From assembly GCA_028534125.1 (NCBI GenBank), contig CM052816.1, positions 93,622,001-93,686,000 on the forward strand: DNA of 64,000 nt, read 5' to 3'. Position numbers and translations under genes: made by a program. The notes beneath the pieces were generated by a model that had not been told where the DNA came from, made no database searches, and was given only the letters and a program-made list of their open reading frames with translations. The stretch is from Lama glama. Taxonomy: Eukaryota. Of this stretch, positions 14,650 through 27,640 are shown piece after piece (within the stretch, counting starts at the first letter, position 1; each line of letters begins with the position of its first letter).

Positions 14650-14982
14650 CAGCTTGTTTGGTACTATATGACCAGCTCTGGGCAATGATTTGTAGGAGGT
14701 GTGTAGACAACTGTGCAAAGCATAGATGTATTTGTTCTTCATACATTTCCTCTTGTCCTCTCCAGGAACAACAAAGACACATGCTGAAAAGACGACACAA
14801 ATGACATGACACCTTGTGATATTTTGGTGAAGTCGGTCTAGATTTTTGATGGAGTACGGCTTCCAGAGTGTCACACAACACACTGCTGATGTTGAATAAG
14901 TTAGCAATGGACTTTTGTATCTTAGTAAGATTTGGGGGTTAATTTGTTTCCACTACATTCCCCAGCTTACCCTGACTTATAT
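14650..14982 (+). mobile_element. MaLR LTR (old MLT1 type)
   Basis: 3' terminus gatttgggggttaatttgttt...cagcttaccctgacttatata. Confidence 0.55.
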
Positions 14983-16267
14983 AAGATTAGGAGCTAATAT
15001 AGCTGACACTTGGGAATCATAATAATTCACCTGGTGGGAATTGGTGTACATCCTTGTACATCAAGTAGCCCATTAAAAGAAAGTTCTCAGCCTCCCCTGG
15101 GCATAAGACAGTGTGCTTTGTAGATGGAATAAACTACATTGATTAAGAAAGTTCTGTTGTATGCCTGAGTGTGCATACCACTAATTAAAATGGCTTTCCC
15201 AAGTTTTGTAAATTTTTAAGATTTAATCTTTTTAACACAGAATATTTTAAACATATTCAATGGAGTTTCTTAGGATAAATCTCCCACATATTTTGCAAAT
15301 GAATTCCCCTTATTCACTTGATACAATAAGCTTTTAAATTATGGTTTGCCACATATTGAGAAAAAAAATAATCATTTTAAGCAGCAAGAGGTGAATGGAG
15401 GAATCCTGCTATTTAAAATCTAACTCAGCTGTGTGAGGTTTTTGACTGGAAAGCCCTAATGGTTTTATTATATCCCCTACAGCAATGAATTACTTACAAA
15501 GAATGAATAAAGGCAACAATAACACATTTTAATAAACTACATTAATTAACATATGTTGAATGCTAACTAATCTGTTATTCCTAAAGCAAGTTTTATCAGC
15601 CAGAGGGCAGTAGAATGTCAAGTGAACATGTCCTACCTCCATCATAAGAGTTTGTCTGGAGAGGACAGGCGGTGACTCACAGGCCATGTTAACACATTAA
15701 TTTCTAAATTGAAATTATTCAAGCATAGTAAGCTTTCATTTATTTATTTAAGGGGTGTTTCTCACCTTAATACAATTTAATGTATGATCAGTAAAAGCAG
15801 AATTACAACCGCCATATATCAACAGTCTCCAGAGACTTCTGCTTTATTAACGTGCATCATAATTCAGCACAATTTAGCTCATGGCATTGAGGCACCAGAC
15901 TTGAATACCTGCTGATTAATACTTGCTGTGGAAATGGTAATGTGCCAGTTATGACCTGGGTAAGGAGTGAGCATGGCTGATGGACTGCACAAGTGGAGAA
16001 AATAATACTTTCACCTAGTAACTTATCAAAATGATGAGTGATTCCACAGAGACGTTGCCAGCGGAAGTTAATCACTGTTGAATGAAAAAGTAGTCACACA
16101 GTTTTAAAGACGAAGATGTTAAAATTATGTGATTTCTCCATACTTTTCATATTTTATTATTCTTGGTGTTTACTCTCTGTATGTTTTGCATTTGTTCCTC
16201 CTGTGGTCTTACAGTATCACCATATTATGCAGTCGTTGGTAATGTCAAGAACTGATCGATTAACGTA

Positions 16268-16440
16268 AAGAAACATTTTATGGATCACTTTCTATTTTCT
16301 AGGCATTGTGTTAAGACTGGTGAAAGAAAGAGTAATAAAATTTAGCATCTTCTTTCAAATATTTTATAATCTAGTGGGAGGGAACTTGTAAACATATAAT
16401 TTTAGCAGAGCTAAATGCCAGCTAAGTGAATGTTTTGGTA
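16268..16440 (-). mobile_element. LINE-2 3' fragment
   Basis: aaacattttatggatcactttctattttctaggcattgtgttaag...ataatctagtgggag. Confidence 0.6.
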
Positions 16441-18899
16441 TATGAAGACATTAGTACAGCCATGAGGACAAGGCAAGTTTCAAATACACCTTTGGAGGTT
16501 AATAATTATGATAAAAATCACCAGTGGAGATTAAGCAATTGTTGGTACAATGCTAGCTGTTAAATCGTGAAAAAAGGTTGTAAGTATCTTTTAATCTCCT
16601 AAAATACTATTTTTTGCATTACATTCTGTTGCTCTCACATTTATTGCAGTAGCATTCTGGGAGATGAAAAAAATAGCTCACTTCCTGAGTAGGTTTTCTA
16701 TGACAGCTTAACTTAGACAACCATGATATGTGGCCCCTATGAGCCCAATATTCTCCTATTGGTATATTTATTAAAGTAATTTTATTTTCATTACTATTAT
16801 TTTTACTATATATTTAAGCTCTATGATGAAAAACTTTCATTTTATTAATTCTTCTGGATTCCATATAAAATGACTTCAATTACGATTGATCTTCTTAAGT
16901 CCTTTTTTGAGCCATGTTACTTTCATGTTTCTGAGTCTTATGCTAGGTGTGGTCTTGTGTGCAGCATAATTTTTTGTCTGTAGATTAGCCTGATTCTATA
17001 GCTGAAGATTGTTTTCCAAGTAATAGATTTCAATAAAAATCTTTGGATATTGGGGAAAATAAGTACCTCATGATGTTGGATATACAACAGAGCATCAGAT
17101 GTGAAGGACCATACAGTGTTATTCATGGAATAGGTAGAGAACCATACAACATAGTCAGTATGCAATAAATATGTATGACATGGAGTAGGTGTGCAATAAA
17201 TATGTATGGACTGTAGGATGCATAAAAAATAAAAGAAAGTGTATCTAAGCAGAAGATTTAGAATTTATTTTCTCTTTTACAGTCCTACTACAACTTGAAG
17301 GGTCTCTAACACTGGACAAATTCTTCCGTGTCTGTGGAAAGGAAGCAAATTCTGTTACTATAAATATTTTCAACCTGGAGTCTTGCATGCTAGTATAATG
17401 CTTGTAACCCAATACACTAACATCAAGTTCTTTCTCACATCAGTTTTTCAAATCAAACATTAAATGGGGTTTATATCTGCCCCCTCTTTTTAAAATGAAA
17501 TTCCTGAAAACATACATAATCTGAATTCTTTATTATACTTTATGGTTTAAAGTAATTTCTAGATGAAAACTCTAAGGCAGCTACACCTGCTCTGGAAAGT
17601 ATAGTTGAAACAGCTTCTCCTTCATATCATCTATCAAATTGCTGATTTTGAGATACCAACTTCCCACGTGGCTGAACAATGCATGCTCATACCTGCATAT
17701 TTAGTTAAAATATGTCAATGATGTTTATCAGTTCTTGTTTCTTATCTTCCTCCTTTTGCAGGTTATGTGTCAGAAGAAAAGCTGAGCTTTTCTTCTAAGT
17801 TAGACATAAATTAAAAACAACACTGGATTTGCACAGCTATGTGAGAAGTAAGACTTCATTATTTGGATTGAGACTTCAGGCATATTGTATATATATAACC
17901 TGTTCCATGGACGCTAATCTCTTCAAGCCTAGAAAATACTAAATATTTTAGCGAGAGTGGCTTGGATAGAGACTGTGACAGTAGATTTAGATCAGTCAGA
18001 TCAGGGAGATTGCGCAGACTCTGAAGATACCAAAGGCTGAAAGAACTGTACACATACAGCGCTGTAGTCAAATTGCACTAAGGAAGATCTGATTATAGCC
18101 TGATTGCTCTCTGGCCGTAGGTTGGAGATGGGTGAGGGTCATGGGCTTTGAGTTGAATGCAGTGATGAAAGCATCTGTGATGCTAATAATGTTTCTCTAA
18201 GAAATGACCCAACTGAAGAAGTTGGGTAATATGACAGGTCTCTCTCAATGTATCAAAGGCAGAATGAGTGTATTAATTTCTTCTAAAATTCTACGCATGG
18301 AATGCCACGTGTTCTCCTGTGTACAGTCAGCTGCATTCCTAAAATCCCTTGAATCAGTTTGCACAGTTCTATATTCTGCAGGTGGAACCAGCACATGCTT
18401 GAGAAAACGAAAGCAAGTGAAAAATGAACATAAGAACTGATGATCAAGTCTGGGATAAGATTTATTTTGGAAATAGTTTATCCCTTAACATCTTTCTTAG
18501 TTCTTACAAGTTGGCTGTCAATTTATTAAGATCACTAGGCTGTAAATGAAAAAAAAAAAGCCTATGGTGTTAGATGGAATATGAACCAGTTCTGACACAG
18601 TAGTTTTTCCCTGTGGATACTATTTAATGAGAGATACAGAATATAAGGTGTTGGGACAGATGTTTCAGCTGTGCATATCATTATCATAAATTCTGCAGTT
18701 GTTTTCTAATGGTCATTTCTTAGGTTTTATACCTGTGTTGAGGTAATATAATAACAAAATACTACTCAATAAAAACATTTCTGTGAAGGGCTACAATAAA
18801 AAGATCAAAGCATGATATGACATGAAAGTAGATTTTTAAAATCTATTATCTAGAAAAAAACGGTGTATTTTGCTAATTTTTAGTCATATGTGGCTATTT

Positions 18900-19590
18900 C
18901 AGACTGGGTGTCAATTCGAAGCCCACACGACCTTGAGGAATCCTGAGGAAAGGGTTAGTGAAACTTGGAAAAGTCCCAAGCAGAGTATTACAAGCAAAAA
19001 GACATGGAGGAGGATCTTAGTGAGGGACCGCAGGGAAATAATAAGAATGCAAACAGAAAATTGGAGGAAAGAAGACCCTTGTTATTTCCTGGTGGTATTT
19101 TGGTAACACTGTAATCTGCAGTAGTGTGAAATGTAAGATATGTGCCTAGTGAACTTAATAACGTGGCTAAGAAGATTTCTAGGCAGAACTGACTTCTTTT
19201 TGCTGTGTAAGAAAGATACAGACACAGAGAGAGGAACTAAACACAAAAAAGCCAGGATTTCTCAAATTAGGAAATAAAACTCTTTTTCATTCCCATTCTC
19301 CTCTGATGGCAGACGGTTCTCAAGTGAAATAACAGCTTCTAAGTCAAAGGTCTAATCTAGGTTGCTATCATAGAAAATATGATAAAGATGAAGCCAAGGG
19401 TTATGATGTAAAACCTTTTGTTAAGACCACAGAAATATCTAAGCTACTTATTTGACAATATGAATTACATTTTATGGAAAAGATGACTCAGGCAACAGAG
19501 CTAAGAGGCAGAGAGAAAAACCACCATGAACAAGGTTGGAGCCCTAATCAAGGAACAGGGAACATGCGCCTGGCTTGATTTGAGGTCATT
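18900..19590 (+). mobile_element. MaLR internal sequence (MLT1-int)
   Basis: gaaaattggaggaaagaagacccttgttat...gtgcctagtgaacttaataacgtggctaagaagatttctaggcaga matches recalled MLT1-int. Confidence 0.75.
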
Positions 19591-20379
19591 TGTCAGTATT
19601 TGAAAACAAACAAAAAATCAAACAAAAAATGTTATTTCATTTATACAGGGTTTGGCTATGCATCAAATTCTGGGTTGCTGGTTATTTTCCGTTTCCGTCA
19701 AGCATTTGCTGTCATTGATGAAATCCTTATACTGAGCTTTTGATCTCTCTACTCTGTGGATAGCGTGGACCTTGCAACTGTCAACATTGTCAAATATTTC
19801 TCTACATACTTTCTCCCCTCTGAATATCCACAGGTTTGAATTTCCCTGCTGTTTTCCTTGACTAGTGGATACAATTTTTTTGACCTATCTTTTATGGAAA
19901 AAAAAAATCCTATTGAAGTCTCTACTTTTGGGTTTGAAGCTTAGCTTTAATGCTTAACGAGGTGAATGGGGTAACATTTCTTAAACTCTCATGACTGTGT
20001 GTTTTTATCTATAAAATACTGAGTTTTAAAGTCTAAATGAGTAAGTGTTTAGAGACGTGAATACAATTAATTGTCGTTGAAGATTTAGCTATTCTTTATT
20101 ACATGCCAGTATTATTATTGCTCTTTGAAGTGACCTGCTAAATGCCTAGACTCACTGAGTTGACATGTGACTTCACAGTAGACCGGTCCCTTACAAAGGC
20201 TCCGGCATGAGGCATCAGTGAAAAATTCTTAAAAGAATTTATTCTAGAGCTCTAGGTACTGGCTGGTAGGGCTTTTGTAATCTCTTTATTTCACAGATGA
20301 AGGCTTCAGCTGTCCTAAAGTGTTTTTCACTTAAGAATGTGTTCGTTGTGGGAGGTGAAGACATGAAGGCTCATTCTCT

Positions 20380-22330
20380 GGGTTGTAAAGTCCTACAGAT
20401 TTTAACAAACACATTATGTTGTATATCCAAAATTATAGTATTGTACAAAATAATTTTACTGTCTCAGAAATTTTCTCTGCTTCATCCATTCAATCCTTTT
20501 CTTCTCCAGAATTCCTGACAACTATTGAACCTATAATTTACCTTTTCAGTGATGCAATATCTTTGGACCCATATATTACGTAGCTTTTTCAGATTGGCTT
20601 TTTTTCACTTAGAAGTATGCATTTAAGATTTATTCTTTTTTTTGTGTGTGGCTTGATGGCTCATTTCTCTTTACTTCTGAATGCTATAACATTGTAAGAA
20701 TGTACCCCAGTTTATTTATTCTTTTATTAAAGTTCATCTAATTGCTTCCAGTGTTTGACAATTAAGAATAAAGCTTTTATAAACATTAGCAAGCAAGTTT
20801 TTGTGGGGACTTAAATTTTAAACTAGCCGTGTAGATACTTAGGGTCTAGATTTTTCAATTGTATGGTAAAACTATTTAGTTTGGCAAAAAGAAAGAAAGA
20901 AAGGAGGAAGGGAAGGAAGGAAGAAAGAAAGAAAGAAAAAGAGAGAGAAAGAAAGGAAGAAAGAAAGAGAATGAAAGGAAGAAAGAAAAGAAAGAAAAGA
21001 AAGAAAGAGAGAAAGAAAAGTCTTTCAAACTGTCTTGCAAAGTGTCTGTGCGATTATGAATTCCCACTGGCAATGAATGAGAGTTTCCTGTTGCTCTGCT
21101 AGCAACTGGTATTTTCAGTTGTTGAATTTTAATCCTTCTAATAAGTGTGTAGTAGTATCTCCTTATTTTAATCTAATTAATCTTCCCCTATGCTTCTTAT
21201 CATTTGTGTATCTTCTTAAGTAAGGTCCCTCTCCTTAGATCACTTGTTCATTTTTTAACTGGGTTATTTGTTTTCTTATTGTTAAATGTCAAGCTCTCTG
21301 TTTATCTTGAACAAATTTTCCTTATCAGATTTTTGTATGTAAACATTTTTCCCAGTCTGTGGCTTGCCTTTTTATTATCCTAATAGTGTCTTTCTCAGAA
21401 AAAAGTTTTTACTTTTCATAAATCTAGCTTATCAGTTTTTCCCTTCATTTACTGAACTTTTGATATTATATCAAAAATTCATCACCAAACCCATAGAATT
21501 TTCTCTTCCATTTTCTTCTAGAAGTTGTGCAGTTCTGCCTTTTACATTCAGGTCTATAACCCATTTGAGTTTTTTTCTTTATGAATCATGTAAGGTCTGA
21601 GTAAAGTTCTGTGTTTATGGATATGGAAATCCAGTTTTTCCAGGACCAGTCATTCTACAGTTTCTTCGATTAATTATCCTTGCTCCTTTGTCAAAAATCA
21701 GTTGACAATATTTGTGTGGTCTCTTTCTGGGCTTCCTATTCTGTTCCACTGTTCTATATGCTTATCCTTTGAACAATACCACACTATCTTGATTACTGCA
21801 GTTTATAGTAGGTATGAAACTGGACAGTGTGATTCTCCCAATTTTGTTCTTTCTCTTTAGGACTGTGTTAGTTTATCCAGGTCTCTTGCCTTCTCATGTA
21901 CACTTTAGAATCAGATTGTTAATATCTGTTAAAATAGCTTCATGGGATTTCATCCAGGTTATATTGGATCTGTAGATCGAGTTGTGAACATTTCTCATCA
22001 TAACATTGATTCTTACAGCCTATGAAAACTAAGTCTCTCTCGACTTATTTAGGTCATTTTTATTTCTCTCAACAGAGTTTTATTGTTTCCTGCATATAAA
22101 TATTTATATTTCTGTTAGATTTTATACCTATTTCAATTTCTTGGGTGCTATTATAAATGTTATTTTTAAAATTTTAAACTTCAATTTTTCATTTGTGCTA
22201 TATTGAAAAGCAATTTAATTTTGAGTATTTTAAAGTGCAACACTGTTATACTCTCATTAATTTCAATAGTTTCTTTTTGAGTTGTAATGTTATTTTTTAA
22301 TAGACAATCATGTCATATGTAAATAAATTC
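20380..22330 (-). mobile_element. L1MC/L1MD 3' UTR plus ORF2 C-terminal remnant
   Basis: tcagattggctt(t)ncacttag..tatgcatttaag; tttgtcaaaaatcagttgac; ataccacactatcttgattactg; tagacaatcatgtcatatgt. Confidence 0.9.
20886..21020. repeat. degenerate (GAAA)n polypurine tract inside L1
   Basis: Direct inspection; explains the K/R/E-rich ORF 20863 and F/S/L-rich ORF 20876. Confidence 0.95.
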
Positions 22331-24599
22331 CCCCAAATATATATTTTTAGTCATAAAGCATTTTTATTCAAACTTCTTGTTTCCTTGAATCAAAATGTGT
22401 ACACTTGCTTTTTTCCTAGATTTTTCATTATGATTTATTGAGAAAAATAAAATAATAAAAGTCTTATACTAGTTCAATTGTTATATATCTTGCTTGAATT
22501 AAATTCATCTTCCATAAACTTAAATCTTTAGGTAATTACATCTTTGGAATCTATCTTTAAAAATAATTTTTATTGAAGAAAAAAGTAAATTGTTAAAGAA
22601 CAAATAATTTTTAAATTTTGATTTTGAGAGAAACAAGTATGTTATACACTTTCTATCAGAAATGTTTCTTTATATATCTTTCATTTGTATCAATACATCA
22701 ATTATGTTGCTGATTGCTAAATTTTAATATTTTCCATAAGCATATGAATAAAATTTCAATTTGTGAAAATTACATAGATTAACTATGACCCACATCTTAA
22801 ACCTTTAACACCAGTCAGCTTAATTTTGACCATGTCTGGAGTTAAAAAACTAAACTCTTTTCAGTTTTTGTAAGTATTACCTGGCAATGTTTTATTATTC
22901 AAGTTCTGTCCTCTAAAGCTGATGTATGGGCTATCACATAACTGCCAGAATTTGAAGATCAAAAATGTTAAAGAACCATGGTAAGATCAGAGGAGTCATT
23001 CTATAAGCACAAACTTTTAAACATCAGTCTTTCCTAGATCTTTTCTTCACACTTTATGGCAATTTATGAAAGATGAAAACTTACAAGAACTTATTTAATT
23101 CACATGTCCTATTTTTTGTCTGAAGAGTTCCTTGATAATTTGACACATCAGATGCAAATAAAGGGATCAAGAGAGTAAAACAAGAATGCATGTGCTACAC
23201 ATTTTCTATTTAAATCCAATGTCTGCTTTCCAAAATGTGACACACTGCATTTTTAGTGAGATGCAGAATTGATCACTCTGAGAAAAAAAGAAATACGTGT
23301 AAAAATTACTTTTCTTTAGAGTTTTTTCTAGTTCCTTAATTATGACAAAAATAAATGTTTATAATGATTATTTTATAATGAAATAACAGTGGCATCAATA
23401 ACCAACACTATCATACAGATATAATACTATAATACAAGGAAAATTCTATTATGTGATATAATAATTTTATTCATTTTATCAATGATAAAATTAACAGTAA
23501 CTATTAATTGCTACTAATAATGCTAATACAATATTTCATGGACAAGGTCATTGAGGCTTTGTTGCATTCTTGTACTCTTAGCTGTGGAGTTTGAAATCAG
23601 TCAAAACCTGAATACTTCAATTTTCAATGTACATTATATAAGTAACCTAACACTTCCAAGGTGAGAACCAAAAAAAGCTCTGCCCATTTTCCCACAATCC
23701 TTCTGGAGCTGACTTACGGAGCAACTGAAGGCAGTGGTTTTATGTGGCAGACCCTACGCCCCCACATCTGGAGTTCTACTGAGAGCCTCCTTTGCTAGAG
23801 TCCTGCTATTACTATTCTTATTTTCACTCCCATCCAATGACCTAGACCTCGTGTGTATCACAGATAATTCATGTGCCTTAATTTTAGAACATTCTTGGTT
23901 CTATAGAAACCAATTTGAAATTTGCAAAAGCCAAGACATAAAAGTAATTGCTTAAATCCTGTTGTGATGCAGGTGGTGGGGTTCCTCACTTTGACACTCA
24001 CGGTGCCCATTTTAATAAGTGTATAGGCATAACCTTTTTCCTTATTCCTGGAAAACTTTGGTGTGTATTTAACATGTTACAAATACTGTGTCATATTTTA
24101 TAAACACAGAAGTAATAAAACCAAAATTATACATTATATAAGTAATACAATCAAAGCATTGAATTCTTTGAAAATAAAAAAAAATGTGGTATGAAAGAAA
24201 AAATAAATCTTTAAACATGCAATTTTCACCAATTAAAAATATAAAAACCCATTCATATTTGTAAGCTTCTTAATGCTTTCACTTTCTTTCTTATTTTTTC
24301 CATAGTTTTAATAGTTAAATCTTCATGTATTTACTTTTGCATCCTGTATTTTTATAAATAATTAAATAAAAATTTACAGTGCTATTGTTTAATTTTATAA
24401 CTTTTGTGTTTATAATAGCTTCAGACTATTCCATTGAATACTAAGAATCTCTTCAATACCGTATGTCTCCCATGATTCCTTCTCCAATGGCATTTCTTCA
24501 TAATTATCTTGGATACACTTGATACTGGAAAAAAAATCTGAGTTTATTTCATTAATCCTCAGTCTTCCTTCTCCTTCTGCTATATTTCTTTTGTTTTCC

Positions 24600-25070
24600 A
24601 AGCAAACTTTTCTGTACCTTTGTTAATTTCCTTTATCCCAGCACCCACTCTTCTCTCTCTCTAAAACCCAGTACTTGTTTGATATATGTCTTGTATGTGC
24701 ATTTGTATTTGTGTACATGTGTATGCTTGTGTCTGTGTGTATCTGTGTTTTTAAAAATATTTTTAAACTGATATACTTTTATTGTATTTGTTTTTTAAAT
24801 ATATTTCTTCACCAAAAATTGTTTTCGATTATTTTTCAGTGTTACTCTAGCTACATATAGTAGTTCATTTCTTCTAGCTGCTTCATAGACCACGGTGTGC
24901 ATTCACTACATTTCAGTTATGTATTTCCTAAGTCATGGAAATATAGGCTGCCTCTAGCTCTCGGTTACCTTCAGTAAAGTCATGGCGATTTTATTTGTGC
25001 ATTTTACTTAAGGGCTATATGTGAAAAGTTCTCTGGTATACGCTGGTAGTTTAGAGGGGAAAAAGCATAC
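24600..25070 (-). mobile_element. old L1ME 3' fragment
   Basis: tagttcatttcttctagctgcttcatag...atataggctgcctctagc...aaagttctctggtata. Confidence 0.5.
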
Positions 25071-26409
25071 TTCGTTTCAATCAGAAATTCTGTATTTTTA
25101 GACTAAAGAGCTATTTTTCTATCACTATGCATAAAGCAGTCTCTGGAAAATGCCTCCCTTAGAGCTGTCTTTGGAAAATGTTTTTACAGCTGTGTATTTG
25201 TGTATGTCTTCCAAATTAATTTTATCTTTAAATTAAAAAAAATCTGAACAGTGGATACATAATATGGAGAAGTAGAATTACTGAGAAAGATCACAGTTCA
25301 AAATAGGCATACATTTTATGACAGAAATTGCAGTTTGGAATGAATGTTTCTGCTCCTTTTTAGCCCATGGTGAGGCGTTAGGGAATAGAAGCCACTTTTC
25401 AAAGAGGCTGCGTCAGTAGAAGACTCAATCTTAACTCAAAATGTTTCATGATGTGCAAACAGCTGTTTTACCCAAATCTATTCATATTCTAGTCTTAAAT
25501 TAAACCCTCTGCAAAGTGACAGGATTTTATGGCTTCTGGATTTGAATTCTCTTCTTCATTAAAACACAGTGTTTTATACCAGGAAAAGTGAGAGGGCATC
25601 TAGTTTTAGGTGGAAGATTCCTACCTTTTCTCTATTCATGAGGGACTTGCTGTGAAAGCCCTTTAACATTATGGGTCCCCCATGCTAGCTTATGTGATTA
25701 TTTATATTTTTGTATATTTATCTGAGACCTTCAAGTTACTAATTAATAATTAATCACTTGAAGATAATTCTTTATGCCGCTCTGTCTCTCTAAAGCTGAT
25801 CCAAGGACTGACCAATAATAGAAAGAAACCAAAAATAAAAAAAAATTACAGCTAGGAATTATTTTCTGAATTTCGGGGGAAACCAATCTTCCATTTTAAA
25901 AAATAAGAAAATTACAACCTAGATAGATAAAGTGAGTTGCCTGAAAACTGACATTTTACATATTTTATAAAGCCAGAGTTTAGAAAACACAGTTTTCTCC
26001 CACAAAGTGATCTAAAATAACCTGTATAGTGCTAGCATGAAGTGGGACAACATGTGATCCAATAAATTCCTCCAAAAAATGAATGAGAAAGGATCACATT
26101 CTGCAGTCAGCAAGACATTCCGGATAAACCACACTTGCTAGTCAAACAATACATCTTTTCTATTTTATTCCCTTTTTAAAGATGCTCATGAAGACAGTGT
26201 AGCTGTCCATGGTTACAAAAACTACTAAACTGAACAGTGCCCCTTCAGCAATGTCTAAATACAAATGCAATCATTTCTATTTATCTGTGAACAAAGTTTT
26301 CAAAGCCTGTCACCGAACTTTCTCTTCACACCGTAGCTTATCCAGCAACTGACCTTGGTTTGATTAAAAGTTGTGCTAAGTGTTCTGGATTCAGCAGCTG
26401 CCCTCTTAC

Positions 26410-26583
26410 CCCTTGATTTCATGGTTATCCCACTGCCTTGAAATCAAGTTGCCATGTGTACTCATCCAGTGAGAGCACCTCCGTATCCCTCAGTCTCGCC
26501 ATACCTTAGAGTTTTTGCCAACGTGCGTTTACTATTTGAAAACAGCTCTGATACTGAGGATGAGTCTATCAGTTATGCTGTTT
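26410..26583 (-). other. candidate non-coding or 5'UTR exon, 174 nt
   Basis: Minus-strand acceptor ttttgttttatctgttttgcttccttcag| and donor GGG|gtaaga. Non-repetitive; stops in all frames in its 5' half. Confidence 0.35.
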
Positions 26584-27114
26584 CTGAAGGAAGCAAAACA
26601 GATAAAACAAAATTCAGAATATCAAGTATCTCTTCAGAGTAGTCACCAAGAAATCCTCCTGTTACCAAATATGCTTATATTTGGGGAGAATATGAGTGGT
26701 ATTTTTAATGTGTCCCAGAACTAAGAGTGAAATCAGTGACTTTCTGATTCTTAGACTCTGCATTCCTTTCTCTCCAAGAGTTGAGTAACATAATTAAATC
26801 ATTAATTCTTTTCTTTTTCTTCAAATCTACATTTGGCTCCACTTCTCTGAGGAGGTTGTTTGGAGGAATTTCAGAATTTTGGTGCAAGAATCCTCAATTA
26901 TGAATCGATATTTCAATTTTGATAGTATTCCTAAGCTTTTTACATTCCATTTCTCAGATTTTGTCCTGTCCATCTACACCTAGAAGACTTTTCTCCTTTC
27001 ATAGCTCCTGTTCTAAATAATACTGATTTGATACTAAATTCTAACTTGACATTTTGGCAGTCACTGTCTGTGTAAGTATTTCTGTGATCCTCTCAGTCTG
27101 CCTGCTTAGATCTT

Positions 27115-27345
27115 TGTGGTAGACTATTGCCTTGTTTGTTCCAAACAAATCACATCTCCTAGAATTCATGTCTTTGTGAAGCACCTCCCCCATAGACCTT
27201 GGGTTTGGCCATTAGAACATTTGCAAGCATAATGCAAACAAAGCTTGACAAATGCTTACTTACACATGGCGATTTTCCTTCTGGAATGCTCCTTTTTGGA
27301 ATCCCGCTGCCCTCTTGTGAGGAAGCCCAAGCTAACCACTTAAAA
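27115..27345 (+). mobile_element. MLT1 (G/H-like) LTR 5' part
   Basis: tgtggtagac...ccttgggtttggccat...cttgtgaggaagcccaagcta. Confidence 0.75.
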
Positions 27346-27359
27346 TGTCCCCGAACTCT

Positions 27360-27640
27360 CTAAACAAGCCAATTTGATACAATCCCTAATATTTAGGGAT
27401 ACATATTAGTATACCTAATCTATGAAGACAAACAAGAGGATGTCACAGAACGTGAAGTGGTTACCTTTGCAGATTTTGAAGTGTGTGAGGACACGTTATC
27501 AAGAAGGGCAAAAGGAGATGTCAGAAGTGTAGATAACATTTTATCTTAAGCAATCTGTTTTGAAAATTGTTATCCTTTAAAATAAACATGTATCTCATGT
27601 ACTTCTTCTTGTATGCTACATTTTGTGATGAAAAGAGATT
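27360..27640 (+). mobile_element. old L1 (L1ME/MC) 3' end
   Basis: tttagggatacatattag...gtggttaccttt... Confidence 0.55.

Noticed and set aside
20863..21102. K/R/E-rich ORF (also 45529-45735)
   Set aside because: Translation of GAAA/TTTC microsatellites.
23630..24145. 16-bp direct repeat tacattatataagtaa 500 bp apart, a possible retrocopy TSD
   Set aside because: Very AT-rich, so a chance match is plausible. No clear poly(A) tail or recognisable insert.
26422..26440. CAGTGG in the hairpin loop (minus strand) as an iron-responsive element
   Set aside because: Lacks the 5-bp upper stem and bulged C geometry.
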